DNA from: Pirellula staleyi DSM 6068 | Lineage (GTDB): Bacteria; Planctomycetota; Planctomycetia; Pirellulales; Pirellulaceae | NCBI GenBank assembly: GCA_000025185.1 | Contig: CP001848.1 | Coordinates: 3,840,001 to 3,872,000, forward strand | Direction: 5' to 3' | DNA length: 32,000 nt | In this document: in pieces, positions 8,766-17,374 of the stretch | How positions within the stretch are numbered: the first letter of the stretch is position 1 | How the letters are laid out: the number at the start of each line of letters is the position of its first letter | Program-made: the position numbers and the translations under genes | Notes under the pieces: generated by a model | Told to the model about the DNA's origin: nothing | Seen by the model: the letters and a program-made list of their open reading frames with translations, nothing else | Database searches by the model: none

Positions 8766-10763
8766 ATGGAGAGAAACGAGCTCGAGGATCAATCAGCCCA
8801 AGATAAGAAGGTAGCGCCACGCAACGCTGGGCCGGGATTCCTGCTCCCGCTTTTGCTCGCGATGATCGCCGTCGGGATGCTGATTTACTTCCGCGGACCT
8901 GCGAGCAGCATGGTTCCCTACAGCGTCTTCAAACAACAGCTGCGCGAGAATAACGTCGAACGTGTCTCGATCGGTCAGCAAACAATTGTCGGCCAGTTTC
9001 GTAAGCCGATCGATCTGCCGATCGATCCTAAGGCTCCACTCGACGCGGAAGGCAAACCGAAAGGGGACGCCAAAACACGCAAGTCGGAACTTCGTTTCGA
9101 GACCACGATTTCGTCCCCCACGATTCTGCAGGACGATCCCGAACTCTCGAAGCTCATAGCGGCTGTTCCGCAGCAAGACTTTGTGCACGAAGTCGATCCG
9201 TCGATCTACATGTTCCTCTTCAGCACGCTGCTGGTAGTAGGAATCATGGTCGGCTTTTGGATTTGGCTCCGTCGTTCACAAAATCAAATGATGGGTGGGG
9301 GATTTCTCTCGGGATTTTCCAAGAGCCCTGCCAAACGCTACGAAGCATCGCGGCAAGCGATCACATTTAAAGATGTGGCCGGTCTTGAAGGGGTGAAGGC
9401 CGACATGCAAGAGCTTGTCGACTTCCTGAAACAGCCGAAGAAGTTTCAAAAACTGGGGGGACGAGTACCCAAGGGTGTGCTGCTGAACGGCCCTCCCGGA
9501 ACCGGTAAGACGCTTCTGGCGCGAGCCGTAGCTGGCGAAGCGGGTGTGCCCTACTACAGCGTCAGCGGCAGCGAGTTTATCCAGATGTTTGTGGGTGTCG
9601 GCGCAAGTCGCGTGCGCGATTTGTTCCGGACAGCCAAAGAGAATTCCCCCGCCATTATTTTCATCGACGAAATCGATGCCGTGGGGCGTCAGCGCGGCGC
9701 TGGCCTTGGTGGTGGACACGACGAACGAGAGCAAACGCTCAACCAAATTCTGAGCGAAATGGATGGCTTCTCGCAAAGCGATTTCGTGATCGTGCTGGCG
9801 GCTACTAACCGTCCCGACGTACTCGATCCAGCGCTCCTGCGACCAGGTCGTTTCGACCGTCACATCACCGTCGGTCGTCCTACGCAAAAGGGACGCGTCG
9901 AGATCTTCAAGGTCCATACGCGCGATGTTCCACTGGGAGACGATGTCAGCCTCGAATCGCTCGCTGCTGGAACGATCGGCCTGACCGGCGCCGACATTCG
10001 AAACATCGTGAACGAGGCAGCGCTGTGGGCCGCTCGTAACGACAAAACCACCGTCGACATGAGCGACTTCGAGTATGCCCGCGATAAAATCCTGATGGGA
10101 CCCAAGCGCGAGGAAGTGCTGCAAGAGGACGAGAAGGAAAAAACTGCCTACCATGAAGCGGGACACACGCTGCTGGCTTGGAAACTTCCTGGCGCGAATC
10201 GTGTTCACAAAGTGACCATCATCCCGCGCGGCCGCACACTCGGTGCCACGCAGATGCTCCCCTCCGAAGACAAAATGAATGCGTCGGAGCCCGAACTTCG
10301 GGATCATTTGGCGGTCCTACTTGCTGGACGCGCTGCCGAGCAAATCGTTTATCAACAAGGGAGCGTGGGAGCCGAGAACGACTTAGAGCGAGCTACAGGA
10401 CTTGCGCGTCGCATGGTCATGCAGTGGGGCATGAGCGATCGCCTCGGACCGGTGAGCTATAAAATTTCCGACGACGATCCGTTCCTGGGACGCGAGATGC
10501 ATCAGCAGCGATCGTTCAGCGAGCATACGCTCGAGGTGATCGACGAAGAGGTCTCGCGAATCCTGCGTGAATCGGCAGCTCGCGCCGAAAGTCTCCTGAA
10601 CGATCATCGCGAGGCGCTCGATGCCATTACGAAAGCACTCCTAGAAAAAGAAGAACTCGACGAGAAAGAAATTGCCGAGTTGATTGGCCCCAGCATTCAC
10701 GATGCTGCCAAACTCAACGGCCATGCTCAGGTGCTGAAGCAAAACTCGGCGAAATCTACCTGA
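8766..10763 (+). CDS. ftsH: ATP-dependent zinc metalloprotease FtsH
   Basis: Two TM helices flank a periplasmic domain. Walker [19 protein letters not shown], Walker [35 protein letters not shown], zinc site HEAGH. The ORF-track start 8742 is TTG; ATG 8766 is preceded by GAGGAAAGG and is preferred. Confidence 0.95.
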   Translation: MERNELEDQSAQDKKVAPRNAGPGFLLPLLLAMIAVGMLIYFRGPASSMVPYSVFKQQLRENNVERVSIGQQTIVGQFRKPIDLPIDPKAPLDAEGKPKGDAKTRKSELRFETTISSPTILQDDPELSKLIAAVPQQDFVHEVDPSIYMFLFSTLLVVGIMVGFWIWLRRSQNQMMGGGFLSGFSKSPAKRYEASRQAITFKDVAGLEGVKADMQELVDFLKQPKKFQKLGGRVPKGVLLNGPPGTGKTLLARAVAGEAGVPYYSVSGSEFIQMFVGVGASRVRDLFRTAKENSPAIIFIDEIDAVGRQRGAGLGGGHDEREQTLNQILSEMDGFSQSDFVIVLAATNRPDVLDPALLRPGRFDRHITVGRPTQKGRVEIFKVHTRDVPLGDDVSLESLAAGTIGLTGADIRNIVNEAALWAARNDKTTVDMSDFEYARDKILMGPKREEVLQEDEKEKTAYHEAGHTLLAWKLPGANRVHKVTIIPRGRTLGATQMLPSEDKMNASEPELRDHLAVLLAGRAAEQIVYQQGSVGAENDLERATGLARRMVMQWGMSDRLGPVSYKISDDDPFLGREMHQQRSFSEHTLEVIDEEVSRILRESAARAESLLNDHREALDAITKALLEKEELDEKEIAELIGPSIHDAAKLNGHAQVLKQNSAKST

Positions 10764-10803
10764 TGCGAAAGACACTGCACGGAAGCAAGTCGAGGATGCT
10801 CTG

Positions 10804-11931
10804 ATGGCGAAGAAGGAAAAGATTCGAACCGACTTCCGCAAGGGACATCAGAGCCGCACGCGCAACGCTGATCTCACACGCGATTACAACCGCGATGAAC
10901 TCGTTGAAGACGATGTGCTGAAAAACGAACGCGTGAGTGGCAAAGGTGACCTCACGCGTAAACGCACCGTGGTTGGCGATCACGCTGGCCGCGAAAGCGC
11001 AGGCTTCGACGTCACTCCCGATGTCAGCAGCGAAATGATCGCCGGTCGCGTCCTCAGTGTGCACGGTCTGCTGAGTCACGTGCAGATCCCCTCGGGCGAA
11101 ATTATTCGCTGCGCCACGCGCCGTGTGCTCAAGAATCTCAGTACCGATCAACGCCACGTGGTCGCTGCCGGCGATATCGTTTACTACCGTCCCAACGGCA
11201 CGAGCGAAGGACTGATCGAGCGGATCGAGCCTCGCGCGAATACCCTCTCACGCACGAGCAAAGGGCGGCAGCACGTCATCGTCGCCAATGTCGACCAAGT
11301 CCTGATCGTAGCCTCGGCCGCCGAGCCCTCGCTGAAGCCAAATCTGATCGACCGCATGATCGTCGAGGCAGAGCGAACCGGCATTCGGCCCGTTGTCTGC
11401 ATCAATAAAGTCGACCTTGTCGAGCCAAGCGATCTGCAGCCCATCGCAGGAGTCTATGGCCAACTAGGCTACGACGTGCTGCTCCTTTCCGCGAAGGAAA
11501 ACTGGGGCATTTCACGACTCCGCAAACTAGTGGCTGGTAAGCAGACGGTAGTGGCAGGACAAAGCGGCGTCGGCAAAAGCTCGATCCTCAATGCCATCGA
11601 AAACGGACTCGCACTTCGTGTCGGCCGAGTCAGCGAGGAAAATCAAAAAGGGCGACACACCACAACCACGGCGAAGCTGATTCCGCTGGCTGCAGGTGGC
11701 TATGTTGTCGACACCCCCGGTATTCGCAGCTTTGAATTGTGGGACATCATTCCCGCCGAAGTGATCGGCTACTACCGCGACCTCCGCCCCTACGTTTGTC
11801 TCTGTCGCTATCCCGATTGCACGCATTTGCACGAAACCGATTGTGCGGTGAAAGATGCGGTCGCGGATGGCCGGCTCGATGTCCGTCGCTACGAAAGCTA
11901 TTGCTACTTGTTCGAGGGGGATGCGGTTTAG
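10804..11931 (+). CDS. rsgA: Ribosome small-subunit-dependent GTPase A
   Basis: Circularly permuted GTPase order: NKVDL (G4), then GQSGVGKSS (G1), then DTPGIRSFELW (G3). C-terminal zinc knuckle CLCRYPDCTHLHETDC. OB-fold-like GRVLSVHGLLSHVQ, and a basic N-terminal extension. Confidence 0.9.
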   Translation: MAKKEKIRTDFRKGHQSRTRNADLTRDYNRDELVEDDVLKNERVSGKGDLTRKRTVVGDHAGRESAGFDVTPDVSSEMIAGRVLSVHGLLSHVQIPSGEIIRCATRRVLKNLSTDQRHVVAAGDIVYYRPNGTSEGLIERIEPRANTLSRTSKGRQHVIVANVDQVLIVASAAEPSLKPNLIDRMIVEAERTGIRPVVCINKVDLVEPSDLQPIAGVYGQLGYDVLLLSAKENWGISRLRKLVAGKQTVVAGQSGVGKSSILNAIENGLALRVGRVSEENQKGRHTTTTAKLIPLAAGGYVVDTPGIRSFELWDIIPAEVIGYYRDLRPYVCLCRYPDCTHLHETDCAVKDAVADGRLDVRRYESYCYLFEGDAV

Positions 11932-12052
11932 AACGCATCTCACTTGATGGACAGCGGCTATGTCGTCAATTTTCGCAAGGATTACCTGTCCCAGACACGC
12001 GACTCGACCGCGCGACGCGCATTAGATTCCCAGTGAGTCTCCAGGCATCTTC

Positions 12053-13270
12053 ATGGCGACGCAACCTCTGATCTACCTCGATAACCATGCCACCACTCGC
12101 TGCGACGATCGCGTTGTCGCGGCGATGCTGCCGTACTTTACCGAACTCTATGGCAATCCCGGTTCGGTGAGTCATCCCGCAGGCCATCTGGCCCTCGATG
12201 CGGTGAATCAGTCGCGCGAATTGATCGCCCAGCTGCTCGGCGCCGATCCGAAGGAAATCATCTTCACCAGCGGCGCGACCGAGAGTAACAATCTGGCGAT
12301 TCGTGGGCTCGCGACCCGTCCGCGTCGACGGGGCAATCACATCGTGAGCGTAGCGACCGAGCATAAGGCTGTGCTCGATCCGCTGAAGCGACTCGCTCGC
12401 GAAGGTTTTGAAGTGACGCTGCTCCCCGTCTCGCAGCAGCCTTCAGCGGAAGCTGGCATCATCGATCTGCAGCAGCTGAAAAACGTGCTCCGCGACGACA
12501 CGCTGCTGGTGAGCGTGATGCTCGCCAATAACGAGATCGGTGTGCTCCAGCCGATTCGCGAAATCGCAACGATTTGTCATGAACGAGGAATTCCGCTCCA
12601 CTGCGATGCCACGCAGGCCGTGGGGAAGATTCCCGTCGATCTTCGGCAACTCGACGTCGATTTGCTCAGCTTCAGCGGCCACAAAATGCACGGTCCCAAG
12701 GGGATCGGCGCTCTCTACATCAAAAGGAGCGAAGGTCGGCTGCGACTATCGTCCCTCGTCGATGGTGGCGGGCAAGAGCAGGGGCTCCGTAGCGGAACGC
12801 TCAACGTCCCTGGCATTGTGGGGCTTGCCGCTGCTCTAACTCTATGTGTGCAAGAACTCCCTGCCGAAATGATTCGCCTTGCCACGCTGCGGGCTCAGCT
12901 CTTCGCGCTGCTGCAGCACGAAGTACCCGATTTGCTCCTCAGCGGACCGGCGCTTCCGGACGACCCTGCGCAGCCTCTGGCCGGGAAGGTTGGTCGTTTG
13001 CCCGGTAATTTGAACGTCGCATTTCCCCATGTCGATGGCGAAGCCTTGATGATGAGCATGGGGCACATCGCCGTCTCCAGCGGCAGCGCTTGTACCAGTG
13101 CAAGTCCCGAACCGAGCCACGTTTTACGAGCGGTAGGGCTTTCTGAAGATCTCACGCGAGCCAGTTTGCGCTTCGGTCTCGGCCGTTTCACCACCGAGAA
13201 CGAAATTGCCCTCGCCGCCCAAGCTGTGGGACAAAACGTTCGTAAACTCCGCTCGCTGCGAGATGCGTAA
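12053..13270 (+). CDS. Cysteine desulfurase (class I, IscS/NifS family)
   Basis: IYLDNHATT start, PLP-lysine motif SFSGHKMHGPKGIGALY, catalytic loop SSGSACTSASPEPSHVLRAVG. The 405-aa length fits the family. Confidence 0.9.
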   Translation: MATQPLIYLDNHATTRCDDRVVAAMLPYFTELYGNPGSVSHPAGHLALDAVNQSRELIAQLLGADPKEIIFTSGATESNNLAIRGLATRPRRRGNHIVSVATEHKAVLDPLKRLAREGFEVTLLPVSQQPSAEAGIIDLQQLKNVLRDDTLLVSVMLANNEIGVLQPIREIATICHERGIPLHCDATQAVGKIPVDLRQLDVDLLSFSGHKMHGPKGIGALYIKRSEGRLRLSSLVDGGGQEQGLRSGTLNVPGIVGLAAALTLCVQELPAEMIRLATLRAQLFALLQHEVPDLLLSGPALPDDPAQPLAGKVGRLPGNLNVAFPHVDGEALMMSMGHIAVSSGSACTSASPEPSHVLRAVGLSEDLTRASLRFGLGRFTTENEIALAAQAVGQNVRKLRSLRDA

Positions 13271-13391
13271 GCTTTTGCTGTAAAATGCTTTGCGTCGAAA
13301 TGGCCGCAATTTCTGCTCAGCCTTGAGAGGCCCCTTCGCCCAAATCACCTGAAGCACTCTCTCAGGTAGCTCTTTCCTGCAATAAGCAAGG

Positions 13392-13400
13392 TGGTATAAT
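13392..13400 (+). promoter_or_regulatory. Candidate extended -10 promoter element (TGgTATAAT) for the Fe-S carrier gene
   Basis: Exact TATAAT at 13395-13400 is preceded by TG at 13392-13393. It lies 55 nt upstream of ATG 13455, which has a GAGGAG Shine-Dalgarno. The -35 region is poor (TTTCCT-like). Sequence match only. Confidence 0.35.
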
Positions 13401-13454
13401 TTTCACATCGCAAGCAGTCAAAATCCCTATGTCCTCCGAGGAGAGACTTGTTCC

Positions 13455-13787
13455 ATGACGATCCAGATGACTGAATCCGCCGCCAAAGAAGTCCTGAAGT
13501 ACAAAGAAAACGTGCAAGCTGAAGGCGAGACGTTTCTCCGCGTGAAGATCGTTGCTGGCGGTTGCAGCGGTCACACTCCATCGCTCACACTCGACAAGAA
13601 TTTCGACGAGATGAAGGACTCGAAGTACAACTACTTCGGTGTCGATCTCGTGGTCGACAAGAAGAGCGAACTGTACCTCGACGACGCCACGGTGAACTTC
13701 ATCAACGGCCTCGAGCACAGTGGATTTCACATCGACATCCCCTCGGCCAAAAAGTCCTGCGGCTGCGGCAGCTCCTACCAGTTCTAA
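13455..13787 (+). CDS. A-type iron-sulfur cluster carrier / assembly accessory protein (IscA/HesB/ErpA family)
   Basis: 110 aa with three conserved Cys in the family pattern: VAGGCSGH ... SCGCGSSYQF at the C-terminus, and a central FxxxGVDLVVD stretch. Located downstream of the cysteine desulfurase. Confidence 0.85.
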   Translation: MTIQMTESAAKEVLKYKENVQAEGETFLRVKIVAGGCSGHTPSLTLDKNFDEMKDSKYNYFGVDLVVDKKSELYLDDATVNFINGLEHSGFHIDIPSAKKSCGCGSSYQF

Positions 13788-13841
13788 GGCAGACAACTGC
13801 CTCCGCTGGTCCACGACTTTTTTGAACCAAGAAACATCAAA

Positions 13842-13888
13842 CTCCTTGATACGGAAGCAAAAAGGCTTCGGTATCAAGGAGTTTTTTT
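13842..13888. terminator. Strong hairpin terminator between convergent genes
   Basis: CTCCTTGATACGGAAGC (from 13842) pairs with GCTTCGGTATCAAGGAG (to 13881) with one mismatch and loop AAAAAG, followed by TTTTTTT (13882-13888). A weaker U-rich tract follows on the opposite strand. Confidence 0.7.
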
Positions 13889-13960
13889 CGTTTAGGTTTT
13901 GACGAGATTTATTGGAGCCAAGTCTCCAATTGAAACCCGGCTCGATAAGTCTATTTTTGG

Positions 13961-14815
13961 TTAGCGGACAACTCGGGGGACAACCGGAGTTGGCAGGATT
14001 TCGGCTGGTGTGGGACGAGCTCCCCATTCTTGGGCGGCCAGCATGGCGTCTTCCGGACCTGGTTTTTTGAGCTGTCCCAAGGAGGAGTTCATTAGGTTGC
14101 CAGGTTGCGTCGAATGTCCAAGACCTAAGAGATGCCCAATCTCATGGCAAGCGGTTGCTTCGAAGCGAAACTCGTCAAACACTTCGTCTTGATCGAAGCG
14201 AAGCTGCAGTCTCACGCGTTCGGGAGGGCCGATATGTGCGTCGGCAAGAATGTTCGAGATGCCGTCGATCTGTTGGGTCGTGATCACCACGTTGCAGCGA
14301 TCGAAATCATCGGTCTCAGTCGCTGTGAGACCGCAGACATCCATCCACGATTGCCACGCTTGTTCGAGTAGTTTCCGAGGGTCGCTGGTTTGGACTAGCG
14401 GCAGTTTTTCGATGAAATAGCGGATCTCTAATTTGCCAAATTTAACGTTCGAGGGAATGGAATTCTCTTGGCGGTAGACCGGGTCGTTTTCCCATTCCTT
14501 GAGGGCTCGTCCGAGGCAGCGCGTTCCAAACTCGAGCCAACTAAGTGTTTGCATACCGAAGAGTGAGTCGACGGTCAGGCTTCCACCGGCTGTCTTCTGA
14601 GCCAGTTCAACTGCCTTGCGAACGGCAATCAAAAGGGTCTTCCCTTTTTTGCCCTGAACATCTTCCGGAAGAAGGATTTTGTCGTCGGAGAGACGCTTCA
14701 GGCCACGCTCCAGATCGGCCAGTTTAGGCCGAAACTTTTCAGCAAGGCCGCTATCGACGACATCTTTCAGCACCAATGTCGCGAGGTTCTTAAAGTCGAT
14801 TGCCATGTTCGCCAC
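13961..14815 (-). CDS. Matrixin (M10, MMP-like) zinc metalloprotease with a prodomain-like N-terminus and no signal peptide
   Basis: HEIGHLLGLGH is encoded at 14114-14146 (minus strand), with a Met-turn candidate PGNLMNS. Matrixin-like core: KFGKLEIRYFIE, AWQSWMDVCGL, ADAHIGPP. The ORF-track start 14815 is GTG; ATG at 14806 (MAIDFKN) is an alternative. Confidence 0.75.
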   Translation of the reverse strand: MANMAIDFKNLATLVLKDVVDSGLAEKFRPKLADLERGLKRLSDDKILLPEDVQGKKGKTLLIAVRKAVELAQKTAGGSLTVDSLFGMQTLSWLEFGTRCLGRALKEWENDPVYRQENSIPSNVKFGKLEIRYFIEKLPLVQTSDPRKLLEQAWQSWMDVCGLTATETDDFDRCNVVITTQQIDGISNILADAHIGPPERVRLQLRFDQDEVFDEFRFEATACHEIGHLLGLGHSTQPGNLMNSSLGQLKKPGPEDAMLAAQEWGARPTPAEILPTPVVPRVVR

Positions 14816-14858
14816 ACCCAGTTGTTAGATCAATGTGAAAGGTTCGCTATTCGAGGTA

Positions 14859-15848
14859 TTAACGTCCGCCATAGAGCCTGATACGTGCTTCGAGTCGATT
14901 GACGCGCCGCACGTGGACGGAGTGATGAAAAGCGGCGAACGGTGGCAGGTAGTTGCCTGAATAGCTACTTGCTCCACCACCACCCGAGCTTCCTCCTCCG
15001 CTGCCACCTGTTCCGGCAGCTTGTCCCCCGCCGGCAACGCCTCGGTTTGCATCGTGGCTTTCGTCGATAGCGATCCCCCACAACTTGACGTTTTCAGCAG
15101 CTTCGGCAAATGCAGCACGGAGGGTCTCTTTGTACTCGGTAAGCATCTTTCCTTCGAGTTTCGGCGCAACCTCTTTGAACCAGTGATTGCCAACGTTCTC
15201 CCAGGTGGCGATCGTTTTGTCGGTACGCCCCGAATCCTTCAATTCATCTAAGAACATGTCGCGAAATTCCTTAGGAATTCCTTCGACTTCCTCAGGGGTC
15301 GTGGCATTCTGAATCTTGGCCGCTCCTTGAGCGAACACATTCGAAAGAATCTTGGTGGCCTCGAGGATGCGAGGTTCAAACCGATAGATTTCGAGGGTCT
15401 GAGAGTTCTCTACCGTCCAAAAGCTCTTGGGAACAATGGAGGTGTCTTCTTTGGGCTCTTCCCCTTCCTTCAAAGCAACAGCTGGAAGCAGGCCTCCGGC
15501 AGCTGCTGGTGCCGCGGGCTTGGCTGCCGCACCGGGACCGGCCTTGAATTCATTGAATTCCTTCCTGAGATCGCTGGTTCCTTTTTGCATCAGTTCAAGC
15601 GAGGCCTTCATTCCTTTGACCAACTCGCCGAGATCAGAAACCTGCTTTGAAAGTTTTTGGGGGTTGAATTCTTCTTCAGCAGCGGGAGCACCACCTTCAA
15701 TAGCAGGAGCGCCTTCAGCTGCAGGCTCTTGCGCAAATGCGATGCGGCTGGGTGATTCGAATGCCGAGGCGAATGTCCAGCAGATCAGGGCAACTGCGGT
15801 CACTCGAAGCCAAGATTCGCTTGTGCGGGAGAAGTTTTGGTAGCTCAT
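14859..15848 (-). CDS. Secreted hypothetical protein (signal peptide, helical segment, unassigned globular region, Gly/Ser tract, basic C-terminal tail)
   Basis: 329-aa ORF with signal peptide VTAVALICWTFASAFESPSRIAFA|QE and normal coding-like composition. It ends 43 nt before the matrixin gene on the same strand. I recognise no family. Confidence 0.6.
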   Translation of the reverse strand: MSYQNFSRTSESWLRVTAVALICWTFASAFESPSRIAFAQEPAAEGAPAIEGGAPAAEEEFNPQKLSKQVSDLGELVKGMKASLELMQKGTSDLRKEFNEFKAGPGAAAKPAAPAAAGGLLPAVALKEGEEPKEDTSIVPKSFWTVENSQTLEIYRFEPRILEATKILSNVFAQGAAKIQNATTPEEVEGIPKEFRDMFLDELKDSGRTDKTIATWENVGNHWFKEVAPKLEGKMLTEYKETLRAAFAEAAENVKLWGIAIDESHDANRGVAGGGQAAGTGGSGGGSSGGGGASSYSGNYLPPFAAFHHSVHVRRVNRLEARIRLYGGR

Positions 15849-16132
15849 GTTCGCTCAATCAGTCGATGGAAATTGGTCAACTACTACAGCCGAAGTGTAC
15901 GCGAGGATTAGCCATTGTTGCCGCTAATATCCCCCTAAAGTTGTGATCGTATCGTTATATCAAACGAAGTCAATCATTTTCAGTACAAATTGGCCAGGCT
16001 TCCCAGTTTTACATCCGTAAGGGTGTCGGGTTAGCACGGCTGGGAAATTGCAGGCTGTTACTGGCTGAAGGCGCAGCATCACAGTAGAAGTGCCACACAC
16101 TACCTAAATGCGATTGATGGCAGAGCTGGCCG

Positions 16133-17116
16133 TTACCACTGGAATTTGCCGCGGAGGTCGCGGTTGACGATGCATTCCTCGGGCCAGCGGTTCTCGTAGA
16201 GATCGGTGATGCACTGGGCGGCGAGATTGGTGGCGGCTTCGACCGATTCGTGATCGAGGCCTCCCATGTGCGTGCAGAGCAGGGCGGTGGGGCACTTTAT
16301 CAGCGGGCTGTCAGCCGGTAGGGGCTCGACCTTGAAGACGTCGAGCGCGGCACCCATTAAATGACCACTCAGCAGGGCATTGGCGAGAGCATTTTCGTCG
16401 ACCAAGGCACCGCGCGAGGTGTTGATGAAGATCGCGCCCCGCTTCATGCGCGACAATGTGCGCTCGTTGATGATGTCGGCTGTGTCGGCGTTACTGGGTG
16501 AATGCAGGCTCACCACGTCGGCGGTTTCCAGCAGCGTTTCGAGCGGCACTAGCTCGATATTGTGCTTCCGCACAAACTCCGGATCTGCGTAGGGATCGGC
16601 CGCCATCACTCGCATGCCGAGTCCCTTCACGCGCGGCACTACGGCCCGGCCAATTCGTCCTAGCCCCACAATGCCAAAGGTTCGGCCAGCCATGCGGGGC
16701 ATCGGAGCCCGCGACCACACGGTCGAGCGAACTTCGCGATCGCGCTCGACAATGCCGCGCGAAACTCCCAGCAGCATCGCAATCGTGTGTTCGGCGACCG
16801 ATTCTTCCAGCGTACCGGGGGTGATCGTCACCGCGATACCCAGCTCCGTTGCCCCAGGAATATCGATGCTGTCGTAACCGACTCCCAGCCGAGCGATCAC
16901 GCGCAAGTTCGTCGTCTTGAGAAACTCGCGGTCCATTTTCTCGGTGCTGGCGAGCATGGCATCGATTCCCTGCAAGCAGCGGGCAAGCGTCGGGCGATCC
17001 ATCGTGTCGTCGCGATCTTCGGGATAGACCACTTCGAAACCGGCCGAGAGAAGGATGTCGCAGTAGCGACCAGGAACGTTGCGAATGAGGGTCGGGGTAA
17101 CGAGCACGCGCGGCAT
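16133..17116 (-). CDS. D-isomer-specific 2-hydroxyacid dehydrogenase (phosphoglycerate dehydrogenase-like)
   Basis: NAD-binding GRTFGIVGLGRIGRAV. Catalytic-region motifs INTSRGALVDENAL, LDVFKVEPLP, and CTHMGG with the conserved His. The ORF-track start 17197 adds 27 poorly conserved residues; ATG at 17116 (MPRVLVTP) gives a typical N-terminus. Confidence 0.85.
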   Translation of the reverse strand: MPRVLVTPTLIRNVPGRYCDILLSAGFEVVYPEDRDDTMDRPTLARCLQGIDAMLASTEKMDREFLKTTNLRVIARLGVGYDSIDIPGATELGIAVTITPGTLEESVAEHTIAMLLGVSRGIVERDREVRSTVWSRAPMPRMAGRTFGIVGLGRIGRAVVPRVKGLGMRVMAADPYADPEFVRKHNIELVPLETLLETADVVSLHSPSNADTADIINERTLSRMKRGAIFINTSRGALVDENALANALLSGHLMGAALDVFKVEPLPADSPLIKCPTALLCTHMGGLDHESVEAATNLAAQCITDLYENRWPEECIVNRDLRGKFQW

Positions 17117-17374
17117 CGGAAGCAAGCTCCAAGCAAACGGGCGGGAGAGAGGTGTTTGAGGCTTTGGAGTTTTAGATTCCCCTTGGGCTCGGTTCAACGG
17201 AGGGTTGCCCGCGATTTTCCATCGGAAACGACGGAAGCTCGTTGGTCGGCTTTCAGAGGGGAGCCGCTGGCGCGTAGAATGCGGTCAATTCGCTTCGGCT
17301 GAACGTTTTCATCGTCGGTGTCCGCAGCGAACGTCAGTCAGCAACTTCATTCTCAGGCGGCAACAAGCGAGATC

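Noticed and set aside
8353-8820. A 155-aa minus-strand ORF bridging the recQ 3' end, the intergenic spacer and the ftsH 5' end.
   Set aside because: It overlaps two well-supported genes and a terminator hairpin, and it has no motifs. It is a chance ORF.
13800-16130. The idea that the matrixin/secreted-protein pair is a horizontally acquired islet, because some stretches look AT-richer.
   Set aside because: Line-by-line GC varies from about 40 to 58 percent within the genes, and the clear AT-rich parts are intergenic. I saw no flanking direct repeats, tRNA, integrase or transposase. A proper GC-skew and codon-usage computation would be needed to revive the idea.
17117-17374. A possible cobalamin riboswitch in the 258-nt divergent spacer upstream of cobL.
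   Set aside because: I looked for the B12 box (AGYCMGGAGACCKGCC-like) and the conserved GGTG..AA..CC / GCCACTG elements and found none. The hairpin-prone sequence present does not resemble the family. A covariance-model scan would be decisive.
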